From Macrostomum hystrix (Eukaryota > Animalia > Platyhelminthes), in NCBI GenBank assembly GCA_950097015.1, contig CATNEN010000002.1, positions 8,990,001 to 9,054,000 of the forward strand: 64,000 nucleotides of DNA. The letters are read 5' to 3'. Under the pieces are notes generated by a model that had not been told where the DNA came from, did no database searches, and worked only from the letters and a program-made list of their open reading frames with translations. Below, one piece after another: positions 24,611 through 36,874 of this stretch; position 1 is the first letter of the stretch, and each line of letters opens with the position of its first letter. A program made the position numbers and the translations under genes.

Positions 24611-26092
24611 CCGGAGTCCACTGGTTGGCTTCTACCCGTCAAGTGTCGACTTGAAGAGGCCGGTAGAAGCGAGACCCGCCTCCTGCTGCTGCGCCGCCCG
24701 CACTTGGAAGAGCTGCACTGCAAACTGGGCTGGCTGTTTGACCTGCGGGGCCACTACCTGCTCAAATACCTGGGTGGGTGAGCATGCTTATTGGGGATCT
24801 TCATTTTTGTACGAGCTGTTCGGGGATCTCGATACGAGTATGACATATCGCCGGGTGGGGTAAGTGTGGCGCATGCTTCAACCAAATCGATCCCATTACG
24901 GATCAGGGATTGATGGATCAGATTCGGGATAGCTTCAGAATTCCTGAAGGATCAGATTCGGGATAGCTTCAGAACTCCTGAAGGATCAGATTAAGGATAG
25001 CTTCAGAACTCCTGAAGGATCAGATTAAGGATAGCTTCAGAACTCCTGAAGGATCAGATTAAGGATAGCTTCAGAACTCCTGAAGGATCAGATTAAGGAT
25101 AGCTTCAGAACTCCTGAAGGATCAGATTCGGGATAGCTTCAGAACTCCTGAAGGATCAGATTCGGGATAGCTTCAGAACTCCTGAAGGATCAGATTCGGA
25201 ATAGCTTCAGAACTCCTGAAGGATCAGATTCGGAATAGCTTCAGAACTCCTGAAGGATCAGATGCAGGATAGCTTCAGAACTCCTGAAGGATCAGATTCG
25301 GGATAGCTTCAGAACTCCTGAAGGATCAGGCAAAACACCCCTGAAGTGGCAAGCTCGGCGTCCGCGTCCGCAGACAAATTCGGCGATCTCATCACCTTCT
25401 CGTCGGACGAGGAGTTCCAGCTGGCCCTGGGCAACTTCCGGCCGCCCGAGTTCCGCATTCTTGTCACCCCGGCTGACGAGGCCACCGTCGGCTCCGGGGA
25501 CTGCTTCAATGTGCGGTCAGGCCGCAGTCAGTGGACAGCCACGCGGTCTTTGAGTTCAACGACAGCGACGAAAGACATCCAACCGGCTGCGACGCCGCCG
25601 CCACCGCCCACGGCCGTCATCATCTCGCCGCCAGCTCCGAGCGTTGACAGAGTACCGCAGACTCCCATCAGAGACGCTCCTTCGAAAGCCTCAACAGCCG
25701 AGAGGCCACCAGCTCGGCATCGGGTGAGCCGTCAAGCCGTCGTCACCTCCGAGGTGCCGCTCAGTCCCAGAGAGCGCGGCGCCATCTTCCATCCCGACTA
25801 CCTGCGGCCGCGCACCGCCAACCAGCGGAAAACCGGCGGCAGAGCCGGGTACTCCGTCCAGGCCTCGCTGGCTGGCTATCGGCAGGACCTGGCCGCGGCC
25901 GCGCCGACGCACAGCTCGACAAAGAGCGCCGCCGACTCGAAGTTCGTCCACTTCGGCATCGAGTGCAGCCGATGCTGCGCGGATCCTGTGATTGGCTGGC
26001 GGTTCAAGTGCTCCCTCTGCCCCAACTACAACCTGTGCGAGCCCTGCTTCCACTGCTACTCTCACGGCCACGGCTTCTACCGGCTGCCGTGA
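24566..26092 (+). CDS. PB1 + ZZ zinc-finger protein (p62/SQSTM1-like N-terminal architecture), 2 exons, ~308 aa
   Basis: Exon 24566-24773 (G|gtgggt) joins 25374-26092 (cag|AC) to give HYLLKYLDKFGDLITFSSDEEFQLAL, a PB1 OPCA-type motif. The C-terminal VHFGIECSRCCADPVIGWRFKCSLCPNYNLCEPCFHCYSHGH is a ZZ finger. Confidence 0.85.
24905..25328. repeat. 34-bp minisatellite in the PB1-ZZ intron (GAAGGATCAGATTCGGGATAGCTTCAGAACTCCT)
   Basis: About 12 tandem copies. Confidence 0.95.
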
Positions 26093-26239
26093 GCGGCACA
26101 AGCAGGCTTTAACACGGCTGACATTTCTTTTGTGTTTTTTGGAGGCTAAGTTTTTTGCTAAGTTACTCTCGGACCCAATGGAATGTGAACTGCGTATCCT
26201 AGCTGGAATAATAGCTAAAATTAGAGACAGAACCGAAGC

Positions 26240-26888
26240 TCGAATCTCAGCTGGAATCGTAGCTGGAATCGTAGCTGGAATCGTAGCTGGAATCGTAGCT
26301 GGAATCGCAGCTGGAATCGTAGCTAGAATCGTAGCTGGAATCGTAGATAGAATCGTAGCTGGAATCGTAGCTGGAATCGTAGCTGGAATCGTATCTGGAA
26401 TCGTAGCTGGAATCGCAGCTGGAATCGTAGCTGGAATCGTAGATAGAATCGTAGCTGGAATCGTAGCTAGAATCGTAGCTGGAATCGTAGCTGGAATCGT
26501 AGCTGGAATCGTAGCTAGAATCGTAGCTGGAATCGTAGCTGGAATCGCAGCTGGAATCGTAGCTGGAATCGTAGCTGGAATCGTAGCTAGAATCGTAGCT
26601 GGAATTGTAGATAGAATCGTAGCTGGAATCGTAGATAGAATCGTAGCTGGAATCGTAGCTGGAATCGTAGCTGGAATCGTATCTGGAATCGTAGCTGGAA
26701 TCGCACCTGGAATCGTAGCTGGAATCGTAGCTGGAATCGTAGCTAGAATCGTAGCTGGAATTGTAGATAGAATCGTAGCTGGAATCGTAGATAGAATCGT
26801 AGCTGGAATCGTAGCTGGAATCGTAGCTGGAATCGTAGCTGGAATCGTAGCTGGAATCGCAGCTGGAATCGTAGCTAGAATCGTAGCA
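26240..26888. repeat. 12-bp minisatellite (AGCTGGAATCGT)
   Basis: About 54 copies; explains the (AGIV)n ORF tail. Confidence 0.95.
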
Positions 26889-27534
26889 TGGATTATAACA
26901 TAAGAGCTATTTAGAACCGATGCACTAGCTCCGGTATAATCTGATTGATGTTATACAATCCTGGGAAGTTTTGTATTGACAAAAAACGGCCTTCTAATGT
27001 TTTTTCCTCGAAATGAAAGATGCGGCAGCCTATATGTTGGAGGTAAATTGACTGACAGCCTATTTTTAGCACTAAGAAAAGAGCTTTTTTGCTTGCGAAA
27101 TTTTGTATTAGCTATCAAAAGACTTAGGCTCCTTTGATTTCATAACGAGAATTAATCTGAAAACAACTTTTACTTTCTCAAGCGTAAAATGAGTAAATTT
27201 TAAAAGTGCATGTTTGAAAGTAAAAAAATGAAAAAAAATTTTACTTAATATCTTACTTTATGATATTGTTTAGGATTTAGCAAATATTTCGTCATCAAAA
27301 TCCAAAAAATTATCTGACATTAAGGTTTAGAAGATTTTAACAAACCATTTGTACAATACAATGCGACAGTAATAGCTTCTGCCCTCTATTAAGTTTAACA
27401 GTCCATTATATATTTTTTCATCTATAAAAATATTAGGTGTATTTTTCAATAAACTCAATTCATTTGTGATATTTTTGTTTATTAATTTAATCAGTTATTT
27501 CATCTGCACTTTAAGGCATATGCTTATTCTACAC

Positions 27535-30500
27535 GTAGAATCGCAGCAATAGCATTAGCTAGAATCGCAGCAAGAACATTAGCTAGAATCGCAGCAAGAG
27601 CATTAGCTAGAACAACAGCAAGAGCATTAGCTAGAATCGCAGCAAGAGCATTAGCTAGAATCGCAGCAAGAGCATTGGCTAGAATCGCAGCAAGAGCATT
27701 AGCTAGAATCGCAGCAAGACCATTAGCTAGAATCGCAGCAAGACCATTAGCTAGAATCGCAGCAAGAGCATTAGCTAGAATCGCAGCAAGACCATTAGCT
27801 AGAATCACAGCAAAAGCATTAGCTAGAATCGCAGCAAGAGCATTAGCTAGAACCGCAGCAAGAGCATTAGCTAGAATCGCAGCAAGAGCATTAGCTAGAA
27901 TCGGAGCAAGAGCATTAGCTAGAATCGCAGCAAGAGCATTAGCTAGAATCGCAGCAAGAGCATTAGCTAGAATCGCAGCAAGAGCATTAGCTAGAATCGG
28001 AGCAAGAGTATTGGCTAGAATCGGAGCAAGAGTATTAGCTAGAATCGCAGCAAGAGCATTAGCTAGAATCGCAGCAAGAGCATTAGCTAGAATCGCAGCA
28101 AGAGCATTAGCTAGAATCGCAGCAAGAGCATTACCTAGAACCGCAGCAAGAGCATTAGCTAGAATCGCAGCAAAAGCATTAGCTAGAATCGCAGCAAGAC
28201 CATTAGCTAGAATCGCAGCAAGACCATTAGCTAGAATCGCAGCAAGAGCATTAGCTAGAATCGCAGCAAGACCATTAGCTATAATCGCAGCAAGAGCATT
28301 AGCTAGAATCGCAGCAAGAGCATTAGCTAGAATCGCAGCAAGAGCATTGGCTAGAATCGCAGCAAGTGCATTAGCTAGAATCGCAGCAAGAGCATTAGCT
28401 AGAATCGCAGCAAGAGCATTAGCTAGAATCGCAGCAAAAGCATTAGCTAGAATAGCAGCAAGAGCATTAGCTAGAATCGCAGCAAGAGCATTGGCTAGAA
28501 TCGCAGCAAGAGCATTAGCTAGAATCGCAGCAAGAGCATTACCTAGAACCGCAGCAAGAGCATTAGCTAGAATCGCAGCAAAAGCATTAGCTAGAATCGC
28601 AGCAAGAGCATTAGCTAGAACCGCAGCAAGAGCATTAGCTAGAATCGCAGCAAGAGCATTAGCTAGAATCGGAGCAAGAGCATTAGCTAGAATCGCAGCA
28701 AGAGCATTAGCTAGAATCGCAGCAAGAGCATTAGCTAGAATCGCAGCAAGAGCATTAGCTAGAATCGCAGCAAGAGCATTGGCTAGAATCGCAGCAAGTG
28801 CATTAGCTAGAATCGCAGCAAGAGCATTAGCTAGAATCGTAGCAAAGCATTAGCTAGAATCGGAGCAAGAGTATTAGCTAGAATCGCAGCAAGAGCATTA
28901 GCTAGAATCGGAGCAAGAGTATTAGCTAGAATCGCAGCAAGAGCATTAGCTAGAATCGGAGCAAGAGTATTAGCTAGAATCGCAGCAAGAGCATTAGCTA
29001 GAATCGGAGCAAGAGCATTAGCTAGAATCGCAGCAAGAGCATTAGCTAGAATCGCAGCAAGAGCATTAGCTAGAATCGCAGCAAGAGCATTAGCTAGAAT
29101 CGCAGCAAGAGCATTGGCTAGAATCGCAGCAAGAGCATTAGCTAGAATCGGGGCAACAGCATTGGCTAGAATCGCAGCAAGAGCATTAGCTAGAATCGCA
29201 GCAAGAGCATTAGCTAGAATCGCAGCAAGACCATTAGCTAGAATCACAGCAAAAGCATTAGCTAGAACCGCAGCAAGAGCATTAGCTAGAATCGCAGCAA
29301 GAGCATTAGCTAGAATCGCAGCAAAAGCATTAGCTAGAATAGCAGCAAGAGCATTAGCTAGAATCGGAGCAACAGCATTGGCTAGAATCGGAGCAAGAGC
29401 ATTAGCTAGAATCGCAGCAAGAGCATTAGCTAGAATCGGAGCAAGAGTATTAGCTAGAATCGCAGCAAGAGCATTAGCTAGAATCGGAGCAAGAGCATTA
29501 GCTAGAATCGGAGCAAGAGTATTGGCTAGAATCGCAGCAAGAGCATTAGCTAGAATCGCAGCAAGAGCATTAGCTAGAATCGCAGCAAGACCATTAGCTA
29601 GAATCACAGCAAAAGCATTAGCTAGAACCGCAGCAAGAGCATTAGCTAGAATCGCAGCAAGAGCATTAGCTAGAATCGCAGCAAAAGCATTAGCTAGAAT
29701 AACAGCAAGAGCATTAGCTAGAATCGGAGCAACAGCATTGGCTAGAATCGGAGCAAGAGCATTAGCTAGAATCGCAGCAAGAGCATTATCTAGAATCGCA
29801 GAAAAAGCATTAGCTAGAATCGCAGCAAGAGCATTAGCTAGAATCGCAGCAAGAGCATTAGCTAGAATCTCAGCAAGAGCATTAGCTAGAATCGGAGCAA
29901 CAGCATTGGCTAGAATCGGAGCAACAGCATTGGCTAGAATCGAAGCAAGAGCATTAGCTAGAATCGGAGCAAGAGCAGTAACTAGAATCGAAGCAAGAGC
30001 ATTAGCTAGAATCGCAGCAAGAGCATTGGCTAGAATCGCAGAAAAAGCATTAGCTAGAATCGCAGAAAGAGCATTAGCTAGAATCGCAGCAAGAGCATTA
30101 GCTAGAATCGCAGCAAGAGCATTAGCTAGAATCGCAGCAAGAGCATTAGCTAGAATCTCAGCAAGAGCATTAGCTAGAATCGGAGCAACAGCATTGGCTA
30201 GAATCGGAGCAACAGCATTGGCTAGAATCGAAGCAAGAGCATTAGCTAGAATCGGAGCAAGAGCAGTAACTAGAATCGAAGCAAGAGCATTAGCTAGAAT
30301 CGCAGCAAGAGCATTGGCTAGAATCGCAGAAAAAGCATTAGCTAGAATCGCAGAAAGAGCATTAGCTAGAATCGTAGCAAAGCATTAGCTAGAATCGGGG
30401 CAACAGCATTGGCTAGAATCGCAGCAAGAGCATTAGCTAGAATCGCAGCAAGAGCATTAGCTAGAATCGCAGCAAGACCATTAGCTAGAATCACAGCAAA

Positions 30501-33500
30501 AGCATTAGCTAGAACCGCAGCAAGAGCATTAGCTAGAATCGCAGCAAGAGCATTAGCTAGAATCGCAGCAAAAGCATTAGCTAGAATCGCAGCAAGAGCA
30601 TTAGCTAGAATCGCAGCAAAAGCATTAGCTAGAATAACAGCAAGAGCATTAGCTAGAATCGGAGCAACAGCATTGGCTAGAATCGAAGCAAGAGCATTAG
30701 CTAGAATCGCAGCAAGAGCATTAGCTAGAATCGCAGCAAGAGCATTAGCTAGAATCGCAGCAAGAGCATTAGCTAGAATCGGAGCAACAGCATTGGCTAG
30801 AATCGGAGCAAGAGCATTAGCTAGAATCGAAGCAAGAGCATTAGCTAGAATCGCAGCAAGGGCATTAGCTAGAATCGCAGCAAGAGCATTAGCTAGAATC
30901 GCAGCAAAAGCATTAGCTAGAATCGGAGCAAGAGCATTAGCTAGAATCGCAGCAAGAGCATTAGCTAGAATCGCAGCAAGAGCATTAGCTAGAATCGCAG
31001 AAAAAGCATTAGCTAGAATCGCAGCAAGAGCATTACCTAGAATAGGGGCAACAGCATTGGCTAGAATCGCAGCAAGAGAATCAGCTAGAATCGGAGCAAG
31101 AGCATTAGCTAGAATCGCAGCAAGAGAATTAGCTAGAATCTCAGCAAGAGCATTAGCTAGAATCGGAGCAACAGCATTGGCTAGAATCGGAGCAACAGCA
31201 TTGGCTAGAATCGAAGCAAGAGCATTAGCTAGAATCGGAGCAAGAGCAGTAACTAGAATCGAAGCAAGAGCATTAGCTAGAATCGCAGCAAGAGCATTGG
31301 CTAGAATCGCAGAAAAAGCATTAGCTAGAATCGCAGAAAGAGCATTAGCTAGAATCGCAGCAAGAGCATTAGCTAGAATCGCAGCAAGAGCATTAGCTAG
31401 AATCGCAGCAAGAGCATTAGCTAGAATCTCAGCAAGAGCATTAGCTAGAATCGGAGCAACAGCATTGGCTAGAATCGGAGCAACAGCATTGGCTAGAATC
31501 GAAGCAAGAGCATTAGCTAGAATCGGAGCAAGAGCAGTAACTAGAATCGAAGCAAGAGCATTAGCTAGAATCGCAGCAAGAGCATTGGCTAGAATCGCAG
31601 AAAAAGCATTAGCTAGAATCGCAGAAAGAGCATTAGCTAGAATCGTAGCAAAGCATTAGCTAGAATCGGGGCAACAGCATTGGCTAGAATCGCAGCAAGA
31701 GCATTAGCTAGAATCGCAGCAAGAGCATTAGCTAGAATCGCAGCAAGACCATTAGCTAGAATCACAGCAAAAGCATTAGCTAGAACCGCAGCAAGAGCAT
31801 TAGCTAGAATCGCAGCAAGAGCATTAGCTAGAATCGCAGCAAAAGCATTAGCTAGAATAACAGCAAGAGCATTAGCTAGAATCGGAGCAACAGCATTGGC
31901 TAGAATCGAAGCAAGAGCATTAGCTAGAATCGCAGCAAGAGCATTAGCTAGAATCGCAGCAAGAGCATTAGCTAGAATCGCAGCAAGAGCATTAGCTAGA
32001 ATCGGAGCAACAGCATTGGCTAGAATCGGAGCAAGAGCATTAGCTAGAATCGAAGCAAGAGCATTAGCTAGAATCGCAGCAAGGGCATTAGCTAGAATCG
32101 CAGCAAGAGCATTAGCTAGAATCGCAGCAAAAGCATTAGCTAGAATCGGAGCAAGAGCATTAGCTAGAATCGCAGCAAGAGCATTAGCTAGAATCGCAGC
32201 AAGAGCATTAGCTAGAATCGCAGAAAAAGCATTAGCTAGAATCGCAGCAAGAGCATTACCTAGAATAGGGGCAACAGCATTGGCTAGAATCGCAGCAAGA
32301 GAATCAGCTAGAATCGGAGCAAGAGCATTAGCTAGAATCGCAGCAAGAGAATTAGCTAGAATCTCAGCAAGAGCATTAGCTAGAATCGGAGCAACAGCAT
32401 TGGCTAGAATCGGAGCAACAGCATTGGCTAGAATCGAAGCAAGAGCATTAGCTAGAATCGGAGCAAGAGCAGTAACTAGAATCGAAGCAAGAGCATTAGC
32501 TAGAATCGCAGCAAGAGCATTGGCTAGAATCGCAGAAAAAGCATTAGCTAGAATCGCAGAAAGAGCATTAGCTAGAATCGCAGCAAGAGCATTAGCTAGA
32601 ATCGCAGCAAGAGCATTAGCTAGAATCGCAGCAAGAGCATTAGCTAGAATCTCAGCAAGAGCATTAGCTAGAATCGGAGCAACAGCATTGGCTAGAATCG
32701 GAGCAACAGCATTGGCTAGAATCGAAGCAAGAGCATTAGCTAGAATCGGAGCAAGAGCAGTAACTAGAATCGAAGCAAGAGCATTAGCTAGAATCGCAGC
32801 AAGAGCATTGGCTAGAATCGCAGAAAAAGCATTAGCTAGAATCGCAGAAAGAGCATTAGCTAGAATCGTAGCAAAGCATTAGCTAGAATCGGGGCAACAG
32901 CATTGGCTAGAATCGCAGCAAGAGCATTAGCTAGAATCGCAGCAAGAGCATTAGCTAGAATCGCAGCAAGACCATTAGCTAGAATCACAGCAAAAGCATT
33001 AGCTAGAACCGCAGCAAGAGCATTAGCTAGAATCGCAGCAAGAGCATTAGCTAGAATCGCAGCAAAAGCATTAGCTAGAATAACAGCAAGAGCATTAGCT
33101 AGAATCGGAGCAACAGCATTGGCTAGAATCGAAGCAAGAGCATTAGCTAGAATCGCAGCAAGAGCATTAGCTAGAATCGCAGCAAGAGCATTAGCTAGAA
33201 TCGCAGCAAGAGCATTAGCTAGAATCGGAGCAACAGCATTGGCTAGAATCGGAGCAAGAGCATTAGCTAGAATCGGAGCAACAGCATTGGCTAGAATCGG
33301 AGCAAGAGCATTAGCTAGAATCGAAGCAAGAGCATTAGCTAGAATCGCAGCAAGGGCATTAGCTAGAATCGCAGCAAGAGCATTAGCTAGAATCGCAGCA
33401 AGTGCATTAGCTAGAATCGCAGCAAGAGCATTAGCTAGAATCGCAGCAAGTGCATTAGCTAGAATCGCAGCAAGAGCATTAGCTAGAATCGCAGCAAGAG

Positions 33501-33750
33501 CATTAGCTAGAATCGCAGCAAGAGCATTAGCTAGAATCGAAGCAAGAGCATTAGCTAGAATCGCAGCAAGGGCATTAGCTAGAATCGCAGCAAGAGCATT
33601 AGCTAGAATCGCAGCAAGAGCATTAGCTAGAATCGCAGCAAGTGCATTAGCTAGAATCGCAGCAAGAGCATTAGCTAGAATCGCAGCAAGAGCATTAGCT
33701 AGAATCGCAGCAAGAGCATTAGCTAGAATCGCAGCAAAGCTTTAGCTAGG
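27535..33750. repeat. 6.2-kb 24-bp satellite (GCATTAGCTAGAATCGCAGCAAGA) with higher-order repeats
   Basis: About 260 monomers. A 23-bp deletion variant ATCGTAGCAAAGC occurs at 28836, 30371, 31642 and 32865. Confidence 0.97.
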
Positions 33751-34351
33751 ATATTGTATTGGGGCAGAATCGTAGCATGAGTTCTCAGATAGATAAGAGC
33801 AGTTTGTCCAGCATCACATTATAGTTTTTCAGCTTGAGCTCTGCTTGGGGAGAATCAGCGCTGCTGCGAAGTGGCTGACGGCAAAGTTTATTTCGTCAAA
33901 TTCTGATTGATGATCCCATCAGCTGAAAGCCAGAAATTTCAATCCTTGGAGATCAAATCAACCGGAGATGGAAGACATTCGATCGAGCCAGACAGACGGA
34001 CAGAACTGGTTCCTGATCTAATGGGGTAGTCAGCAGGGCTGGCTCAGAACAAAAAGTTCGTTCATTTGATTGATTTGAGTACATCCGAGTTTCGGCAGAG
34101 CTGCGACTCAAGAGAGTCTGGGATCTTGAGGAAGATCGAGATGAAGATTGTGACCTTTCATGCCGGAGGGCATGTTGGTATTTCTGACGCGGTCAGAACT
34201 AACTCATTAAAGTGGAGCATTGTCGAGTTTTTCAAAGCCCATTCGCGTGTTTTCGAGAAATTCATAGTTGGATGATCATTTCGATGAGGGAGAGCGTGCT
34301 GGATGGCTTGCTTCAAACACATTTATGATCCTCATGGATCATGCGACTTAT

Positions 34352-34400
34352 GACTCTTACCAACTTACGAAGGTCGGTGGTTCGATTCCCGACCCCACTG
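34352..34400 (+). mobile_element. Fragment of the same tRNA-derived SINE head
   Basis: GACTC...CAACTT..GAAGGTC.G.GGTTCGATTCCCGACCCCACTG is nearly identical to the B-box region of the SINE at 1093-1135 (minus strand). Confidence 0.55.
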
Positions 34401-35316
34401 ACTTTATCATAATTCTATTCGGCTTTTCAAGAAACTTTTACATAGACACTAAGTTAATAAAAAAGTAATTCCTTTTCATAAATTATTTATTTTGTAATAT
34501 GGACGTACGTTTCGGGTATAAAAGGAAATAGTTTTCAGGACTATCATTTAATTATATATTTAATACTGTAACACATTACTGCATACAATACTACATCTGC
34601 CCCTATGAGCTATAGAATACGTAAAATAGGAAAATAGTCTTAAGTCATTGTACAGCTTCCTAAAAATAAAATAAAATTGAAAGTCCATGTAATGATACTA
34701 TATTTTTGTTTTATTTATTTTTGAGTTTAAAATTCAAATAATAGGCGACATTAATTGGTTGCAGCCAATAATTAAGAACAAATATTTTAAGCGCAAAATA
34801 ACTATTTTCACAAAAGTCATAGATTGTACATCTTGCAATTGTTAGTGCAAATATCAAGTAAGTGTTTCGATAGAATAACTTGTGACCGAATTATTTAGAG
34901 CGAGACTGATAATTAGACTGATAAATAGACTGATAAATAGACTGATAAATAGACTGTCGGAACATCAGCAGAATAAGCAATTATTCTGCAGTTATACTCA
35001 ATCCGTTCTGTTTTTGCCAGTACATTGATGCTTTGAAACTTGTGTCGCGAAATTAAGTTACATAAATATTTTATTACTACTGTATCAATCAAACTATTTA
35101 TTATACATGTACAGTTTTTATTTAAATATGTTATGTTGTATGAATTATTGATATGTAAAAACTATCGAATACATAATATAGTTCATTGTGTGCATTTCAG
35201 TATATTCATATGTTAATTATTCAATCAATATAAGCAGGAATGACATCTAGAGTTGTGACAGGATTGCTGTTTATAATGCAGTTGCGTTGAATTAGAAGCG
35301 TCTGACTCCGCCCGTG

Positions 35317-36414
35317 CTAGTCGGTTGAATAACGCACCTGGCGGCCGTAGATCAGGACAACCCGGTTGCTGTCCGCGCACACGTACAGGACCATGGGAAA
35401 ATACGCCTGCTGCTGCTGTTGCTGTTGCTGCTGCTGGCGCTGCTGGCGCTGCTGCTGGAGGAACTGCAGCTGCTGGAGCTGCTGCTGTCCGGCCAGCCTG
35501 TCGCGCAGGCCGCTGAGCGAGCGCTGCAGCTGGTCGCCGAGTTCGGCGTCTTCCACGTCGACATTGACGCGACTGCGTAGCTCCAGGCAGCCGGCGTTGC
35601 GCAGAATCGAGCGCACGTCCACCGTGCCGCTGACCACGCAGCAGCCGTCGCGGCTGTGGTAGGCCGCCTTCGTCACCACAAGGGCCACCCCGATACGCTG
35701 GCAGCGGCTGCGCAGATCTTCCACCAGACGGTCGACTAGCTCGCTGGCCTGATGCTCCTGCTGCTGCTGCTGCTGCTGCTGCGCGGTTGACGAAGACGAA
35801 GAGGACGACAGAGAGGAGAGTCCGCTGTCTCTGCTGGCCATGTCTGCGAAGACTGTCGACGCTTGCTGCTGCTGCTGTTGCAGCATCGATGGATCCTGAG
35901 CTGGGGTCACGTGATCGAGCTGGAAGTGCAGCTTCACGAAGTCACGGTACAGAATGGCGTTCTTGTCACTCTCGTCGCCGTAGTTCAGGTGCACCGACCA
36001 GCGGCTCTCTGGCGATGGTCGCGGACCAGAGCCCAAGCCGTTGCCAGCGTTGACGCAGAACTCGTCGCTGTCCTGAGCTTCAGGATCATCGGCAAAGCTG
36101 ACCTGGCTTAGCCCAGTCTGTTCGAGCAGCACGTGCCGCAGCAGCCGCTTTTGCTCCGCGTTTGGCAGGACTCGCTCCAGGAACTTGCTCACCCGAACCC
36201 ATTCGCGCCAAGCGAACGCGATGCGACAGGCCTCGCCATTGCCGCCGCCGCCCTCCGGGCCGCTGTCACCGACTTCGCAGGCGCCACAGTGGCCGACGGC
36301 CTCCGAGGTGGTCACGTGACTTTCGCTGACCTGGCTGTCAGTGGTGTTCAACTCGCAGATGAGCTTCTGGATGGTGGTGAGGCAGTAGGACTCGCTGCTC
36401 AGCTGTTGACCCAT
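35317..36414 (-). CDS. Uncharacterised protein (~365 aa) with MGQQLS N-terminus and polyQ tracts
   Basis: GC-rich ORF with local exon codon style; ATG at 36414 preceded by cacttttag; AT-rich 3' flank. No family recognised. Confidence 0.7.
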   Translation of the reverse strand: MGQQLSSESYCLTTIQKLICELNTTDSQVSESHVTTSEAVGHCGACEVGDSGPEGGGGNGEACRIAFAWREWVRVSKFLERVLPNAEQKRLLRHVLLEQTGLSQVSFADDPEAQDSDEFCVNAGNGLGSGPRPSPESRWSVHLNYGDESDKNAILYRDFVKLHFQLDHVTPAQDPSMLQQQQQQASTVFADMASRDSGLSSLSSSSSSSTAQQQQQQQQEHQASELVDRLVEDLRSRCQRIGVALVVTKAAYHSRDGCCVVSGTVDVRSILRNAGCLELRSRVNVDVEDAELGDQLQRSLSGLRDRLAGQQQLQQLQFLQQQRQQRQQQQQQQQQQAYFPMVLYVCADSNRVVLIYGRQVRYSTD

Positions 36415-36874
36415 TGGGCTAAAAGTGCACTCTGGGATCGGTGTTATTGTCTTCTTGCCTCTCACCGACTGAATTCCCTTGAGTTGGCGAACTGGTTTTT
36501 CTCGGGGACAGACCGGGTGCCAAGGGATTTGGCCAGAGCTGAGGAATAAAAGCTTTTCTTTTGTGGGCGGACCGCGGAGCGGGGGTGGGTGAGAAGGAGA
36601 TCCCCAAAGCATTAGCCCTCCCCATCCTCCCCAGCCCATGTTTCATGTGTCCACACTCCTCACTCCCCATTGGCGCGCATATATTTTCACTCCCTGCCCA
36701 TGCAGAGTTGCCATCTGGAATCTCGCCTCCACTGGAGCTGCACCGCTGAGCTGTGCTCAAACGGCCGCAACCGTAGGGCTTCCAAAACTCCTTCTTCCCA
36801 CTTTCCTAGATCCTCTCCGTCAGCCCCAAAACTCCGCCTGATGAAACCCTCCCAACATAAGCCTCAGGACTTCC

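Noticed and set aside
6745-25328. Regularly spaced 20-41-bp repeats as CRISPR arrays
   Set aside because: Copies are head-to-tail without unique spacers, there are no cas genes, and the context is intron-rich eukaryotic DNA.
27524-33745. (ARIAARAL)n and (ILANALAA)n ORFs resembling amphipathic helical repeat proteins
   Set aside because: The 24-bp unit is simply stop-free in one frame per strand, and 1-bp deletions break the frame at every higher-order boundary.
33850-34470. Downstream exons of the PB1-ZZ gene (ORFs 34066-34275 and 34268-34468)
   Set aside because: No UBA or LIR-like sequence and no convincing splice sites.
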